A program made the translations under genes and the position numbers. Of a DNA stretch of 64,000 nt, positions 12,395 to 24,500 are shown piece after piece. Below the pieces are notes generated by a model. That model made no database searches. It was not told where the DNA came from and was given only the letters and a program-made list of their open reading frames with translations. The stretch is taken from positions 86,953 through 150,952 of the forward strand of contig CAVPRW010000003.1 of the NCBI GenBank assembly GCA_963707985.1, written 5' to 3'. The first letter of the stretch is position 1. The number at the start of each line of letters is the position of its first letter. This DNA comes from an uncultured Nitrospinota bacterium (lineage in GTDB: Bacteria > Tectomicrobia > Entotheonellia > J063 > CAVPRW01).

Positions 12395-13624
12395 TCAGAA
12401 AGGATAATCTAGCCCAGTGAAGATTGCGACCCCTTCGCTACCCAATCCAACATCGATCTTGGCGACGATTTGGGAGGCCGCGAGAAAGCGTATCCCACCG
12501 CCGATCACCGTCTGGATCTTGCCGGAGCCTAGGTCACTGAAGTTGTGAAACACTCGTCCGACATCCGCAAATACTGCGAGCTCGATGTCGGTCCGGACGT
12601 TGCCGTAGTTGATCTGAAAGACCTTAATGCGCTCCTCGGCGTTAACTAACACGCGTCCCTCATCGAGAAAGCGGTTCTCCCCGAACCCCCGCAGCGTCTC
12701 ATCACCTCCGAGCTCGCTGAGCTCAAAAAATGGTATATTAGGTCCATCCACGCGATCGAGTAGTCCACGCACCGCCAACACCAGACGCTCACCTAGATGC
12801 GGCCACAGCCACCGCCCCTCCAGGCCATAACGAACAAACGATGCCTTACTGCCGATCGCCTTGTCAGCCACCTCGACAAATACTTGGCCAAAACGCCCCT
12901 GGGTGGGCATGACGAGGGAGTTCCGCGTGTCATAGGTCAGCGCCAGACGATGGGCCCAGACAAACGAACCGTCTTCGCCGGGGATGTCTGTAAACACGTC
13001 TTGTAGAAACGGCAGCGAGTCCACGGCGCCACGACGAATGGTGACCGAGCGCAGGCGCTCGGTCAGCGAGGCGGTGAGCTCAGGCATCAGCCGCCGGCCA
13101 AAGGTGACCTCTCCCCCGCCCTGACGCAAGGTATAGTTGGTCTCGTTCGATTCTAGGCTATTGGCCCCGATGCCGTAGAAGCGCGCCGTCCGATCGTTCT
13201 CATAGAGGGCGAAGCCTTCAAAGCGATAGCGCGGACCACGCAGGTTGGGATCAACATAGCGCAGGCGGTAGAAGGCCTGGTTACGCGTCGATTGGGAGAC
13301 ATCTGTATCGAATTTCGTGTTGTGATCGAAGAAGCGTTCATAATGGACCGAACCTGCGACACCGAGTAGGGGGTTGTACGTCGCATACGGTACCAAGAGG
13401 GAGTGAAAGGCGCCTTCTCGGGCGTCGATGATGGCGAGCAACGCGCCATACGTTTGGCGTTCGTTGGGGTCGGTGGTGAAGATCGGCAACGGTACGAACG
13501 TCTTGTCTGCGAAGGCGCAAGGTAGTCCCATCAACAGTATGCCGAGCAGCCAGCAAAGTCCGAGAGAATCCTCCAGGCGGCATACAACCCTATGACGTTT
13601 CAGGCGTGATGGGAGCACCCACAT
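12395..13624 (-). CDS. Omp85/BamA-TamA family outer-membrane beta-barrel lacking POTRA domains
   Basis: Signal-like hydrophobic segment, YDTRN, LGGDETLRGF, FADVGRV, C-terminal Phe; start uncertain. Confidence 0.8.
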   Translation of the reverse strand: MWVLPSRLKRHRVVCRLEDSLGLCWLLGILLMGLPCAFADKTFVPLPIFTTDPNERQTYGALLAIIDAREGAFHSLLVPYATYNPLLGVAGSVHYERFFDHNTKFDTDVSQSTRNQAFYRLRYVDPNLRGPRYRFEGFALYENDRTARFYGIGANSLESNETNYTLRQGGGEVTFGRRLMPELTASLTERLRSVTIRRGAVDSLPFLQDVFTDIPGEDGSFVWAHRLALTYDTRNSLVMPTQGRFGQVFVEVADKAIGSKASFVRYGLEGRWLWPHLGERLVLAVRGLLDRVDGPNIPFFELSELGGDETLRGFGENRFLDEGRVLVNAEERIKVFQINYGNVRTDIELAVFADVGRVFHNFSDLGSGKIQTVIGGGIRFLAASQIVAKIDVGLGSEGVAIFTGLDYPF

Positions 13625-13634
13625 TCAGCTTCGC

Positions 13635-15812
13635 TCAGCCAGTCTGTGCGCCGGCCTGTTTCATGCTCAGGGAGATCCGGTTGCGTGCTGCGTCAACCGC
13701 GAGCACTTTGACGCGGACGCGGGCGTTTATGGATACCACACTGTGGGGATCGGTGACGAAGCTGGAGGAGAGCTCGGAGATATGCACCAAGCCATCTCGA
13801 TGCACGCCGATGTCGACGAAAGCGCCGAAAGCGGTCACGTTCGTGACCTTGCCGTTGAGTACCATCCCCAGCTGCAAATCCTTGATGTCGGCGACTTCGG
13901 GGTGATAGGCAAAGGACTCCACCGTGGTGCGAGGATCGCGCCCGGGCTTCTGCAACTCTGTGAGAATATCCTGCACCGTGAGTATGCCCACCCCTGCCGC
14001 CGCATCTACAAATGCTTGCGGTTGCAATCGTGAGAGCTGATCGGGATGCACCATCAGCCCGGCCACGGGGGTTCCTAGACTGTCGGCAATGCGGGTGACG
14101 ACGTGGTACTGCTCTGGGTGAACCCAGGAGTTGTCCAATGGATTGGCGCTTTCCGGCACGCGTAGGAAACCTGCTGCCTGCTGAAACGCCTTGTCGCCAA
14201 GTTTGGGAACGTCGCGCAATTGCACACGGCTATGGAACGGACCGTGGTGCTCACGATAGGCGACGATGTTGTGGGCCAGAGCGGGTCCTATCCCGGACAC
14301 AGCCCGCAACAGCAGCGCTGAAGCCGTGTTCACGTCGACGCCGACGCGGTTGACGCACGATTCGACGACCTGGTCAAGGGAGATCTGCAGACGCTTGGCA
14401 TTGACATCGTGCTGGTACTGCCCAACACCCAGCGCTTGGGGCTCGATCTTGACCAGCTCAGCTAGGGGGTCCTGCAGGCGCCTGGCAATAGAAATGGCGC
14501 CACGAATGGTCAGGTCCAAATCGGGGAACTCTTCCTGTGCCACACGCGAGGCCGAATATACCGAAGCACCATCTTCGTCGACGATCTCCCGCTGAACCTG
14601 TGGGCACTGCGGCAGCACATGGGCGGTCAAAAACTGTTCAACTTCACGACGGCCTGTGCCGTTGCCGATGGCTAGCACCTCCACACCATGCTGGTCGATG
14701 AGGCTCAATATGGCCTGCGCCGCCCCGGCCACATCCTGACGCGGTGGGTGTGGGTAGATCGTCGTATGGGCGAGGAGCTTTCCGGTGGCATCAATCACCG
14801 CCAGCTTGGAGCCGGTGCGCAGGCCAGGGTCGATACCCAGGACTCGTTTGCCCTTGAGTGGTGGAGCCATCAGGATGGTGCGCAGGTTCTTGGCGAAAAT
14901 CTGGATGGCGACCTCCTCTGCCTGTGCTGTCAGCTCCGCCCGCACCTCGCTGGCGAGGGAAGGATGCAATAGCCGTTCATAGGCATCCGCAAAGACGGCA
15001 CGCAGGAAGAGTGCGGTTGCTGAGGTCGTCTTGGGTGCCAAACGCTGCTGGATGAAGCCCACTACCTCTGGGCTTGAGTCCTCCAAGGCGGCAGCGATCA
15101 CGCTCTCGCGCTCAGCACGATTAATCGCCAGCACACGATGCGATGGGAGTTTGTGAATCGTCTGGGCGAAATCGTAGTAGTCGGCGTACTTGCCCTCGGG
15201 ATCGGTCGCGCCCTTCTTCACCTTCGTGACCAGCGTGCCCTGTTGCCACAGCCGCTTTCGGACCCATTGGCGAATGTCGGCATCGTCAGCGACGTGCTCG
15301 GCGATGATATGCCCTGCTCCTTCCAAAGCTTCCTGAATGGTTGATACACCGGCCTCAAGGTTGACAAAGGGTTGGGCCACAACATCGAGATCGGTGATCT
15401 TGGAGGCGTTGGTGAGGATGGTGGCGGACAGCGGTTCTAGTCCCTTGTCGCGGGCGATGCTGGCTTTGGTGCGGCGTTTGGGGCGATAGGGCTGGTAGAG
15501 GTCCTCCAATTCCTGCTTCGTCGAGCAGCCTGTGATGCGGTCGCGCAGCTCAGCTGTGAGCTTGCCTGCGGCCTCGATCGTCTCCAGCACCGTGACTTTG
15601 CGCGCCTCCAAGTCGCTGACATAGGCATAGCGCTCCTGGATCGTGCGGATCTGGTCCTCATCCAGCGCGCCGGTGATCTCTTTGCGATAGCGGGCGATAA
15701 ACGGCACCGTATTGCCGCCCTCAAGCAGCTCCACAGTGCGGGTCACGTGTGACGCTTGCAACTGGAGCGCCGTGGCGATGGCCTGGATGATGGAGTCTAC
15801 GACCCCCGTCAT
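13635..15812 (-). CDS. tex: Tex-family RNA-binding transcriptional accessory protein
   Basis: TVPFIARYRKE, GIDPGLRTGSK, GASVYSAS, RRLQDPLAELVKI, C-terminal S1 domain. Confidence 0.95.
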   Translation of the reverse strand: MTGVVDSIIQAIATALQLQASHVTRTVELLEGGNTVPFIARYRKEITGALDEDQIRTIQERYAYVSDLEARKVTVLETIEAAGKLTAELRDRITGCSTKQELEDLYQPYRPKRRTKASIARDKGLEPLSATILTNASKITDLDVVAQPFVNLEAGVSTIQEALEGAGHIIAEHVADDADIRQWVRKRLWQQGTLVTKVKKGATDPEGKYADYYDFAQTIHKLPSHRVLAINRAERESVIAAALEDSSPEVVGFIQQRLAPKTTSATALFLRAVFADAYERLLHPSLASEVRAELTAQAEEVAIQIFAKNLRTILMAPPLKGKRVLGIDPGLRTGSKLAVIDATGKLLAHTTIYPHPPRQDVAGAAQAILSLIDQHGVEVLAIGNGTGRREVEQFLTAHVLPQCPQVQREIVDEDGASVYSASRVAQEEFPDLDLTIRGAISIARRLQDPLAELVKIEPQALGVGQYQHDVNAKRLQISLDQVVESCVNRVGVDVNTASALLLRAVSGIGPALAHNIVAYREHHGPFHSRVQLRDVPKLGDKAFQQAAGFLRVPESANPLDNSWVHPEQYHVVTRIADSLGTPVAGLMVHPDQLSRLQPQAFVDAAAGVGILTVQDILTELQKPGRDPRTTVESFAYHPEVADIKDLQLGMVLNGKVTNVTAFGAFVDIGVHRDGLVHISELSSSFVTDPHSVVSINARVRVKVLAVDAARNRISLSMKQAGAQTG

Positions 15813-16326
15813 ACCGTCATCCTCTATCAAGTTTGGGGTGATGTGCTGCCAGCTCTTGCCGTGCTACAGATGAAGAGGCTACCTGGCAGCGTGAAAACGC
15901 ATAAGGGCACGGCATGCCGTGCCCTTATGCCAAGATTAACAGGAGAGTCGTACCCTATCATACCTCCCAGCAGGTGTCAATGCGGAGGGCGCAGGCGGGC
16001 CGACCAGCATCCACTTGGCCTACGTCCCCCTCCCGTGTGCTAGGATTAGCATACTGTCAGGGGCTCCCCACTTACCAAACGAATGGCCTGACTGGGACGC
16101 CATGGAGGGGCTACCGCCTTGCCACGTCATCGCTGAGTGACCGTATTCCTGTGCAGTTGCACCCGGATGCGTCCCACCTGACAATTCTGAACCTGTACAT
16201 GGAGTGGACGATCGAACATGATGCCTATATGACATGGCAACGTCGCATCAGCTTCTGCATAGCTTCCCATATTGGTGTTGCTATGTGAGCCCCTAATTAT
16301 GCCGCGTCTGTGAATCAGCGCTTGCC

Positions 16327-16355
16327 TTGACTTTCGGGGGTAAACGGGGTAAGCT
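16327..16355 (+). promoter_or_regulatory. Putative sigma70 promoter for pgi/pmi-lepA-lepB
   Basis: TTGACT-17 nt-TAAGCT. Confidence 0.5.
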
Positions 16356-16415
16356 TCGAAAGGCTATCTGCCGTTCAGCGCCACAGGTTGGCGCTCATCA
16401 TGCTGGAGAACACCT

Positions 16416-17474
16416 ATGGTCGATCTCGACAATCTGGAAGTGCTGCAAGTCGACCGATCGGGGATACTCGATCTCTTGCTTGATTTGCCTGCACAATTAC
16501 AGACGGGGGAGCGCCTCGGTCAGAGTGCTGACTTACCGCTGGCCACAGACACGCGCGCCGTCGTGGTCACAGGCTTGGGTGGTTCCAGTATCAGTGGCGA
16601 CTTGTTGCGCTCCTATCTGCATGCGGAATGTCGGATCCCGATCCTGGTCAACCGGCACTATGGCCTGCCGGGGTTCGTGGGGCCCGAGACGCTGGTTTGT
16701 GCGGTGAGCTACTCCGGCAATACGGAGGAGACGCTGAGCGCCGTTGGTGAGGCACGTGCCCGTGGGGCCAGCGTCTTGGCGGTGACCAGTGGTGGGCAGC
16801 TGGCAGAGCTGGCCCATGCCTGGCGGATTCCTTGTGTGCGCGTCACCGAGGGTATGCCGCCACGCACCACACTGGGATATCTGTTCACTCCGATGGTGGT
16901 AATCCTGGCACGGTTGGGGTTGATCTCCGATCAGAGAGCGTCTATCGCCGAGGCGATCGACGTGTTGCGAGAGCTTGGCGCCCAGTACCGTCCCGGCATC
17001 GAGACGTTTCGCAACCTTCCCAAAGCCTTAGCCAGAGACCTCCTCGGCAGGTTCCCACTCATCTACGGTGTGCAAGACTTCTCTGACGTCGTGGCCTACC
17101 GCTGGCGCACCCAGTTTAATGAAAATAGTAAAGTGCTGGCCTCCCATCAAGCGTTTCCCGAACTGAACCATAACGAGGTGGTCGGCTGGCAAGGGGCGCT
17201 TCCAAGCGCGCTGGAACCATGGGTGGTGTTATTGCGCGACGACCAGGAGTTGGGCAGAATCGCGCAGCAGATCGACATCACCAAAGCCTTCCTGCAGGAG
17301 CGCGCTGCCGGCATCACCGAAGTCTGGTCGCAAGGCCAGTCGCGCTTGGCCCGTCTGGTCTCACTTCTCTACACTGGGGACTTTACCAGTTACTACCTCG
17401 CGTTACTGCGCGGCGTCGATCCGAAGCCGGTGGAAGCGATCGATCACCTGAAAAGTCAGTTGGCCTCCTCGTGA
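16416..17474 (+). CDS. Bifunctional phosphoglucose/phosphomannose isomerase (SIS)
   Basis: [32 protein letters not shown]. Confidence 0.93.
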   Translation: MVDLDNLEVLQVDRSGILDLLLDLPAQLQTGERLGQSADLPLATDTRAVVVTGLGGSSISGDLLRSYLHAECRIPILVNRHYGLPGFVGPETLVCAVSYSGNTEETLSAVGEARARGASVLAVTSGGQLAELAHAWRIPCVRVTEGMPPRTTLGYLFTPMVVILARLGLISDQRASIAEAIDVLRELGAQYRPGIETFRNLPKALARDLLGRFPLIYGVQDFSDVVAYRWRTQFNENSKVLASHQAFPELNHNEVVGWQGALPSALEPWVVLLRDDQELGRIAQQIDITKAFLQERAAGITEVWSQGQSRLARLVSLLYTGDFTSYYLALLRGVDPKPVEAIDHLKSQLASS

Positions 17475-17484
17475 GCTGCATGGC

Positions 17485-19284
17485 ATGAATCCAGCGCTGA
17501 TCCGCAATTTTTCCATTATTGCCCACGTCGATCACGGCAAATCAACCCTGGCCGATCGCTTGCTTGAGTTTACCGGCGCCTTATCATCCCGCGAAATGTC
17601 GGCACAGGTCCTGGATCAGATGGACCTGGAGCGCGAGCGTGGCATTACGATTAAAGCCCATGCTGTGCGCCTCAATTATTTGGCCCACGATGGCCAAACC
17701 TATGTGTTGAACTTGATCGATACCCCTGGCCATGTGGATTTTTCCTATGAAGTGTCACGCAGTCTAGCAGCCTGCGAAGGGGCATTATTGGTCGTGGATG
17801 CGGCGCAAGGCGTGGAAGCACAGACCGTGGCCAACGCCTATCTGGCGCTCGAGCATGAGCTCACGCTCGTGCCCATCATCAATAAAATCGATCTGCCGAA
17901 TGCCGATCCCGATCGCGTCCAAGCTCAGCTTCGAGATGTCATCGGCCTCGACTCCGATAGCGCCATCCTGGCCAGTGCCAAAGAGGGTATTGGTACCGCA
18001 GAGATTCTTGAAGCCATCGTCGAGACGCTGCCGCCCCCGCGAGGGCGTGCCGAAGATCCGCTCCAAGCCCTTATCGTCGACTCCTGGTTTGACTCCTATC
18101 AGGGCGTGATTGTCCTGATTCGCGTCTTCGCGGGTCTGGTGCGACGGGGTATGCGCATCCGGTTCATGGCCACTGCGAGGGAATACGAGGTTACGGGCCT
18201 TGGCGTTTTCACTCCGAAGCCGTACGCCGTCGACGAGTTGACGGCCGGTGAGGTGGGTTTCCTGATGGCGGGGCTGAAGGAGGTGGGCGATACCAGGGTG
18301 GGCGATACGATCACTGCCGTCGAACATCCCACCGACGTGCCTTTGCCAGGATACAAAGAAGTCAAGCCCATGGTCTTCTGTGGGCTCTACCCTGCCGAGG
18401 ATAACAGATATGAAGACCTGCGCGACGCCCTTGAAAAGCTACGGCTCAACGACTCGGCCTTTTCTTTCGAGCCCGAAACCTCCCTCGCCCTCGGCTTCGG
18501 GTTTCGCTGCGGCTTCCTCGGCCTGTTGCACATGGAGATCGTCCAGGAGCGGCTGGAGCGCGAGTTCGACCTGACTCTGGTGAGTACGGCGCCGACGGTG
18601 GTTTATCGTGTGAACAAGACCGACGGCACGATCCTCTCAGTGGACAATCCCTCCAAGGTGCCGCCCCCGCAATTCATTGCCAGCATCGAGGAACCCTACA
18701 TTCTGGGTACGATTCTGACGCCACCGGAATTCCTGGGGGCAATCTTGCAGTTGGCACAAGAGAAGCGCGGTATCCAGCGTAAGTTGCATTATCCCGAACC
18801 CAAGATCGCGCTGCTGACCTATGACTTCCCGCTCAACGAAATGGTGTTCGATTTCTATGATCGGCTGAAATCGGTTTCCCGTGGCTATGCCTCTTTCGAC
18901 TATGAGTTCGTGGGCTTTCGTGCGGCCGACCTCGTGAAGCTCGACATACTGATTAATGGCGAACCCGTGGATGCGCTCTCGTCGATTATCCACCGGGAGA
19001 AAGCCTATTTCTATGGCCGTGATCTGGTCAAGAAGATGCGCGAGGTGATTCCGCGCCAGCTGTTCGAAGTCGCCATTCAGGCGGCTATTGGCTCGCGGGT
19101 GATCGCCCGTGAAACGGTGGTGCCTTTACGCAAGAACGTCACGGCCAAGTGTTATGGTGGGGATATTACTCGCAAACGCAAGCTCCTGGAGAAGCAAAAA
19201 GAGGGCAAAAGGCGTATGAAGCGTATAGGGCGAGTGGAGATTCCCCAGGAAGCGTTCGTGGCGGTGTTGCAGGTTGGGCGATAA
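17485..19284 (+). CDS. lepA: Elongation factor 4
   Basis: [41 protein letters not shown]. Confidence 0.99.
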   Translation: MNPALIRNFSIIAHVDHGKSTLADRLLEFTGALSSREMSAQVLDQMDLERERGITIKAHAVRLNYLAHDGQTYVLNLIDTPGHVDFSYEVSRSLAACEGALLVVDAAQGVEAQTVANAYLALEHELTLVPIINKIDLPNADPDRVQAQLRDVIGLDSDSAILASAKEGIGTAEILEAIVETLPPPRGRAEDPLQALIVDSWFDSYQGVIVLIRVFAGLVRRGMRIRFMATAREYEVTGLGVFTPKPYAVDELTAGEVGFLMAGLKEVGDTRVGDTITAVEHPTDVPLPGYKEVKPMVFCGLYPAEDNRYEDLRDALEKLRLNDSAFSFEPETSLALGFGFRCGFLGLLHMEIVQERLEREFDLTLVSTAPTVVYRVNKTDGTILSVDNPSKVPPPQFIASIEEPYILGTILTPPEFLGAILQLAQEKRGIQRKLHYPEPKIALLTYDFPLNEMVFDFYDRLKSVSRGYASFDYEFVGFRAADLVKLDILINGEPVDALSSIIHREKAYFYGRDLVKKMREVIPRQLFEVAIQAAIGSRVIARETVVPLRKNVTAKCYGGDITRKRKLLEKQKEGKRRMKRIGRVEIPQEAFVAVLQVGR

Positions 19285-19320
19285 ATGAACACCCAGTCAA
19301 GAGGCTGAGAAGAAGGCAGG

Positions 19321-20022
19321 ATGACCCCGGTGCAGATACTAGACAAAACGACAGGCCGGCCGAAATCAGCGGTGCGGGAGTACACCGAGTCGATCATCAT
19401 TGCCGTTGTGTTGGCCCTGGTGATTCGAACCTTTGTGGTGCAGGCGTTCAAGATTCCGTCGGGATCGATGGAGGATACGCTTCTCATTGGTGATCATATC
19501 CTGGTGAACAAGTTATCCTATGGCCTGCAGATACCCTTGATGAACGTCAAAGTCCGCGCCTTCGGCCTCATGGGTGAGCCAAACCGGGGAGACATCATTG
19601 TCTTTCCCTTTCCTCGTGATCCCTCGCGCGACTTCATCAAGCGCGTCGTGGGCCTGCCGGGGGACCGCGTTGAGGTGCGTAACCACCGCGCCTACATCAA
19701 CGGTGAGCCTCTCAAAGAACCCTACGTGAAACTCGATGAGCGGGCCGCGGCGCATCCCTCGCGCTATAGCCACTGGGGACCTGAAGTGGTCCCGCCTGGT
19801 AAACTGTTTGTGATGGGAGATAACCGGGATAACAGCGCGGATGGCCGAGACTGGGGGTTTCTGGACAGCTCACAGGTGAAAGGACGCGCCTTCATTATCT
19901 ATTGGTCGTGGGATAGCTCCGAGTCCAAGTTCTTCTGGCTGGGGAATATCCCCATCCCCAATCCCAAAGCGGTTCTGCTCGATGGTATTCGTTGGGGTCG
20001 CATCGGGAAACTGTTGCAGTAG
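19321..20022 (+). CDS. lepB: Signal peptidase I
   Basis: IPSGSM, FIKRVVGLPGD, MGDNRDNSADGR; follows lepA. Confidence 0.97.
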   Translation: MTPVQILDKTTGRPKSAVREYTESIIIAVVLALVIRTFVVQAFKIPSGSMEDTLLIGDHILVNKLSYGLQIPLMNVKVRAFGLMGEPNRGDIIVFPFPRDPSRDFIKRVVGLPGDRVEVRNHRAYINGEPLKEPYVKLDERAAAHPSRYSHWGPEVVPPGKLFVMGDNRDNSADGRDWGFLDSSQVKGRAFIIYWSWDSSESKFFWLGNIPIPNPKAVLLDGIRWGRIGKLLQ

Positions 20023-20166
20023 GCCGTTGGTCTCTCATAGGAAGGCGTCGTCGTGGGTATGACCGCTGGTAACCTCCACGATCTCAACTTCCGGCTGCCT
20101 TTATTGATGATGTGCGACAATCTGTCGAATGCCAGGGGCTTTCGAATTAGATCCTGAGCCTCCCCT

Positions 20167-21303
20167 ATGATCACACCCAACACCTGGGTAGAGATCGATC
20201 GCGCCGCGCTTCTCGCCAATGTCTATACCTGCCGTCAAATCATTGGGCCATGTTGTCGACTCCTCGCAATGGTGAAAGGCAACGCCTATGGCCATGGATT
20301 GTGCGAGACTGCCCAGGTGCTGCTTGACGCCGGCGTCGATATGCTCGGCGTCGAGGCCGTCGGCGAGGCTGTGACACTCCGGCTGGCCGGAATCACCTGC
20401 CCGATGCTCCTGGTGGGACCACTTCCCCCGGCCAATGTTCCCCTGCTTCTGGCCCATGAGCTCATGCCATTATTGGTGAGTCCAGAACAGGTACAGATGG
20501 TGGGGGAGTTCACCCACCAGGTTGCCTGTGAGCTCGACGTCCATCTGAAATTCGACACTGGCATGCACCGCCAGGGGATCATGCTGCATGAAGTGCCGGT
20601 CCTACTCGACTTGCTGGCGAAATACCCCACATTGCACGTCAACGGTGTGGCGACGCATCTCGCGCGCGCGGACGATGCCGAGCAGCCGGAGTGGACACAC
20701 CGCCAGCTCGATCGGTTTCACCACATCGTCGCCATGTTAGCCGCAGCCGGAATTCGTACCCCTGTCCGACACGCGGCGAACAGTGCCGCGGCGCTATTGT
20801 GGCCAGAGAGCCATCTCGATATGGTCCGCTTTGGCATTGCGCTCTATGGCTTCTGGCCTGGACCTGCCGTGCGGCGTGCCAGCGCGGTAGAGCTGATGTT
20901 TCGCCCGGTGATGACCTGGAAGACGCGCGTAGCCGCTGTGAAGGAGGTGGGATGTGGCTGTCATGTGGGCTATGGCGGCAGTTACGTGACGACGCGCGAC
21001 TCGCATATCGCGGTGCTGCCGCTGGGGTATTATGATGGCTACGGCCGCAGTCTGTCCAATCGCGGCAAGGTGCTGGTGCACGGACAACGGGCGCCGGTAT
21101 GTGGCCGGGTGTCGATGAATCTGATGAGCGTCGATGTGACCGATCTTCCTGGCGTCGAGCCTGGCGATGAAGTGGTGCTCATCGGGCGGCAGGGAATCTC
21201 GGCCATCACAGCTGAGGAAATGGCCGCTTGGCTTGAGACGATTCATTACGAGGTGACGACTCGCATCAATCCCCTCATTCCACGTATCGTGGTAGGCTCT
21301 TAG
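20167..21303 (+). CDS. alr: Alanine racemase
   Basis: VKGNAYGHG, DTGMHRQG, GYYDG, GRVSMN, TIHYE. Confidence 0.96.
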   Translation: MITPNTWVEIDRAALLANVYTCRQIIGPCCRLLAMVKGNAYGHGLCETAQVLLDAGVDMLGVEAVGEAVTLRLAGITCPMLLVGPLPPANVPLLLAHELMPLLVSPEQVQMVGEFTHQVACELDVHLKFDTGMHRQGIMLHEVPVLLDLLAKYPTLHVNGVATHLARADDAEQPEWTHRQLDRFHHIVAMLAAAGIRTPVRHAANSAAALLWPESHLDMVRFGIALYGFWPGPAVRRASAVELMFRPVMTWKTRVAAVKEVGCGCHVGYGGSYVTTRDSHIAVLPLGYYDGYGRSLSNRGKVLVHGQRAPVCGRVSMNLMSVDVTDLPGVEPGDEVVLIGRQGISAITAEEMAAWLETIHYEVTTRINPLIPRIVVGS

Positions 21304-21597
21304 GGCGATAGATACCTACTCTTGTCTCACCACCTTCACTGGCACAACTGGTTTGCCCCCTCGCATCAGCATGACTGAATGAGGCCCCCCACAACAAGGC
21401 AGAAAAAACGAACTTTCATGGCTGACGTGACGACGCTGCGCTTGTGATTGACTCTCTTTGTCCAAGGAGCTTATACTGCCGCGCAGCTGTTGATCGATCT
21501 CGACATTAAGTCCCACCAGCCCTGGGTGCCTAACGGCGCCCGACCTATACCGCTTCATGACGTTGAGCATAGAACCGCATGTGATGAACCGCTGGGG

Positions 21598-22501
21598 ATG
21601 ACTATGCAGTCCAGAGTCCCACCGTACTTCGATTTTCTCATCGACAGATTTCACCATGGTCTGGCCAATCGATTTGTCCATGTGGGACACTGGGATGATC
21701 CCCTTTCCCTGACTGCTTGCGAGCCTCTGAGGGTCGAGGACATCGACCGCGCGGTCGAGAGGCTCACCGAGGTGCTCGTCGAGATGGCCGACCTGCACGC
21801 CGGGCAGCGCGTGCTGGACGTAGGCTGTGGGTTCGGTGGGACAGTGCAGCACATCAATCGACGTTTCGGCAGCATGTCGCTGGTAGGACTCAACATCGAT
21901 CCGCGTCAGATCGACATCTGTCGACAACTCGAAGCGCTGCATCATAACGAGCTCCGATGGGTGGCCGCCGATGCCTGCCAACTCCCCTTCCCCGACCAGA
22001 GCTTCGACCGGGTCTTGTGCATCGAAGCGATGTTTCATTTCGCCTCCCGTCGCACATTCTTCCGCGAGGTGGCACGAGTGCTCCGGCTCGGGAGGAACGC
22101 TGGTTGCGTCCGACATCGTTCTGACGGAGTCCGCCAGCCAGGCGGAGGTGCCAAGGTTGCGTATCGAGGCTCCGCTGCGTGACGGATACGGGCCCTGGCC
22201 CGACATCTGGGGGGAAGATGCCGACCACCGCGCGCTTGGCAGTGCCGCGGGACTGAGCTGCAGCTGCCTGCTGGATGCTACGTTGCAGACGCGCCCGACC
22301 CATCGGTTTCTGGTGCCGGACGATGCGGAGGCTGAGAGCGATTCCATCGATCCCCTGATGCGCGCCGCCATGATGCTGAAATGGTTGCATGACAAGGATT
22401 ATCTCCAGTACTTGTATATGCGGTTCGACAAACCCACATCGAACGATGGCAACCAATCCGACTCCGCGCTGGGCCCGACTGAAGATGAGTCGGAATCATA
22501 G
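21598..22501 (+). CDS. Class I SAM-dependent methyltransferase (frameshift ~22090)
   Basis: VHVGHW, VLDVGCGFGG, ADACQLPF, IEAMFHF; C-terminus continues in ORF 21971-22501. Confidence 0.8.
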
Positions 22502-22545
22502 AGTAGCAGCGCGTTTCCTGTGATCCTAAAGGGGAGGAGACCATC

Positions 22546-23809
22546 GTGGCTGTAGCCCCGCAAAGCCTGCTCAGACCGGTGGCCATTAGCGCCATGCTCG
22601 CCACGGAATGGTGGCACAGCGGGATCACCTACAACCCACTCTCCCGATCTATGTACCTCGATCCCTATCCTACCTATGCGGCGCTGCGCGCCAAGGATCC
22701 CGTGCATTGGAGTACGCTGGCCCATGCCTGGGTGTTCTCACGCTATGAGGATGTCGATGCCATCCTGCGCGACCACAAGCGTTTCTCCAACGATGCGCGC
22801 AATCGGCACATCCCACAAGGGGCTGCGGTCCGCGACCGCCTTCCCACGTCGGAGTATGTTTTTCCTGGATCCGCCGGATCACACGCGGTTGCGCGCACTG
22901 GTGAGCAAAGCCTTCACCCCAGGAGCTATCGAGGCACTCAAGCCTCACTTCCAGGGGATGATGGAGACATTACTGGATCGGATCGAGGATCCAGCCGCGT
23001 TCGATGTCATGCAGGCCATCGCCCAGCCACTGTCGGTGCTCACGCTGGCCAGGCTTCTTGGGGTACCAGAGGAGGATCAGACCAGGTTAGCAGGATGGTC
23101 GCACCGCATCGCTCGCACGCTTGAGCCGACGGCCAGAGCAGTGGATGACCAGGCAGCTATCCAGGCCGCCTATGGCCTCGACGACTACTTCCACGATATC
23201 ATCCAAGCGCGGCGTGCACGGCCCCAACCAGACCTGATCAGCGCCCTCGTCGCAGTCGAAGACGTGGGCGACAAACTCAATCTGAACGAGCTGCTGATGA
23301 TGTTGCGGCTGCTCCTGGTCGCCGGCCACGAGACAACGACCGACCTCATCGGCAACGGTCTGTTGGCGCTCTTGCGTCACCCGCAGCAACAGCACATGCT
23401 ACGTGAAGATCTTGGTCTGATAGAGTCCGCCGTTGAAGAGTTCCTGCGCTATGACTCGCCCGTGCAAGTGGACGCGAGGGCCGCCCTGGAGGATATGGAG
23501 ATCCACGGCCGTCAGATCAAGAAAGGCCAAGGCATCATCCCCCTGATCGGTTCTGCCAATCGTGATGCAGACGTCTTCAGGCATCCGGAGAGACTGGACA
23601 TCACGCGCAAGCAGGCCAGCAACATCTCCTTTGGCCGCGGCATCCATTATTGCTTGGGGGCGCCATTGGCCAGGCTTGAAGCACGCATCGCCTTCGAGGC
23701 GCTGTTGCGGCGGTTTTCGGACATTCGTCTGGCGACGGACCGCCCTCCCTTCAAGGACAACCTGGCGCTACGCGGCCTCAAGGCGCTTCCGGTCATGGCC
23801 AAGCGATGA
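22546..23809 (+). CDS. Cytochrome P450 (frameshift ~22845)
   Basis: DPYPTYAALR, DPPDHTRLR, AGHETT, EEFLR, FGRGIHYCLG heme motif. Confidence 0.93.
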
Positions 23810-24039
23810 GCGTCGCGCGAGCCTCGGTGATGTCGTCTGCGAGGTGCGGCAAGCCAGTATACTCTGGTGTCCATACGCTCTTCGAGGAGGAAGCTATGGA
23901 ATTCGGCATGCAGTGCTTCCCCGACGTGAAGGCGGAGCTGACCTCCGCCACGCCGCAACCGTTGGCAGGCGGAAAAAGTGCGTGCGAAATGCCGATCCAT
24001 GGTAGACTAACACCCCATGCGATCGGGAGGAAACAGACC

Positions 24040-24474
24040 ATGACGATGAGCGACTGGAGCAAGGTAACCCGGCCAATTCCTGTGCCGAATGAGTGGACCA
24101 AACCCTTCTGGGAAGCTGCCAAGCAGGGTGTGCTGGCGCTGCAGCATTGCCAGTCGTGTGGGCACTTCCAGCATCCCCCATACGCGACCTGTGTGAACTG
24201 CATATCCACCGACCTCGCGTTCAAACCCGTGCAAGGCAGAGGGACGATATACTCCTACACGATCATGTATCACACCGGTGACCAGCGCTTTACAGCCGCC
24301 GTTCCCTATGCGAGCATCATTGTCGAGCTTGACGAAGCAAAAGGGGCGCTGCTGGCCGGCAATCTGTTGGACGCTCCCTATACGGAGGCGAAGGTGGGGC
24401 GTCGCGTTGAGGTCGTCTTCCAAAAGCTGAACGATGATATCACCCTGCCGCAGTTCCGGCTGGCGAGCGATTAG
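24040..24474 (+). CDS. DUF35 / Zn-ribbon OB-fold protein
   Basis: PFWEAA, CxxC..CxxC, GTIYSYT; RBS GGGAGG; paired with a thiolase. Confidence 0.9.
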   Translation: MTMSDWSKVTRPIPVPNEWTKPFWEAAKQGVLALQHCQSCGHFQHPPYATCVNCISTDLAFKPVQGRGTIYSYTIMYHTGDQRFTAAVPYASIIVELDEAKGALLAGNLLDAPYTEAKVGRRVEVVFQKLNDDITLPQFRLASD

Positions 24475-24500
24475 GTTCGGTCCCAAAGGAGGTCTGTGGT

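Noticed and set aside
21316..22395. 359 aa minus-strand ORF
   Set aside because: Antisense to the methyltransferase; no motifs.
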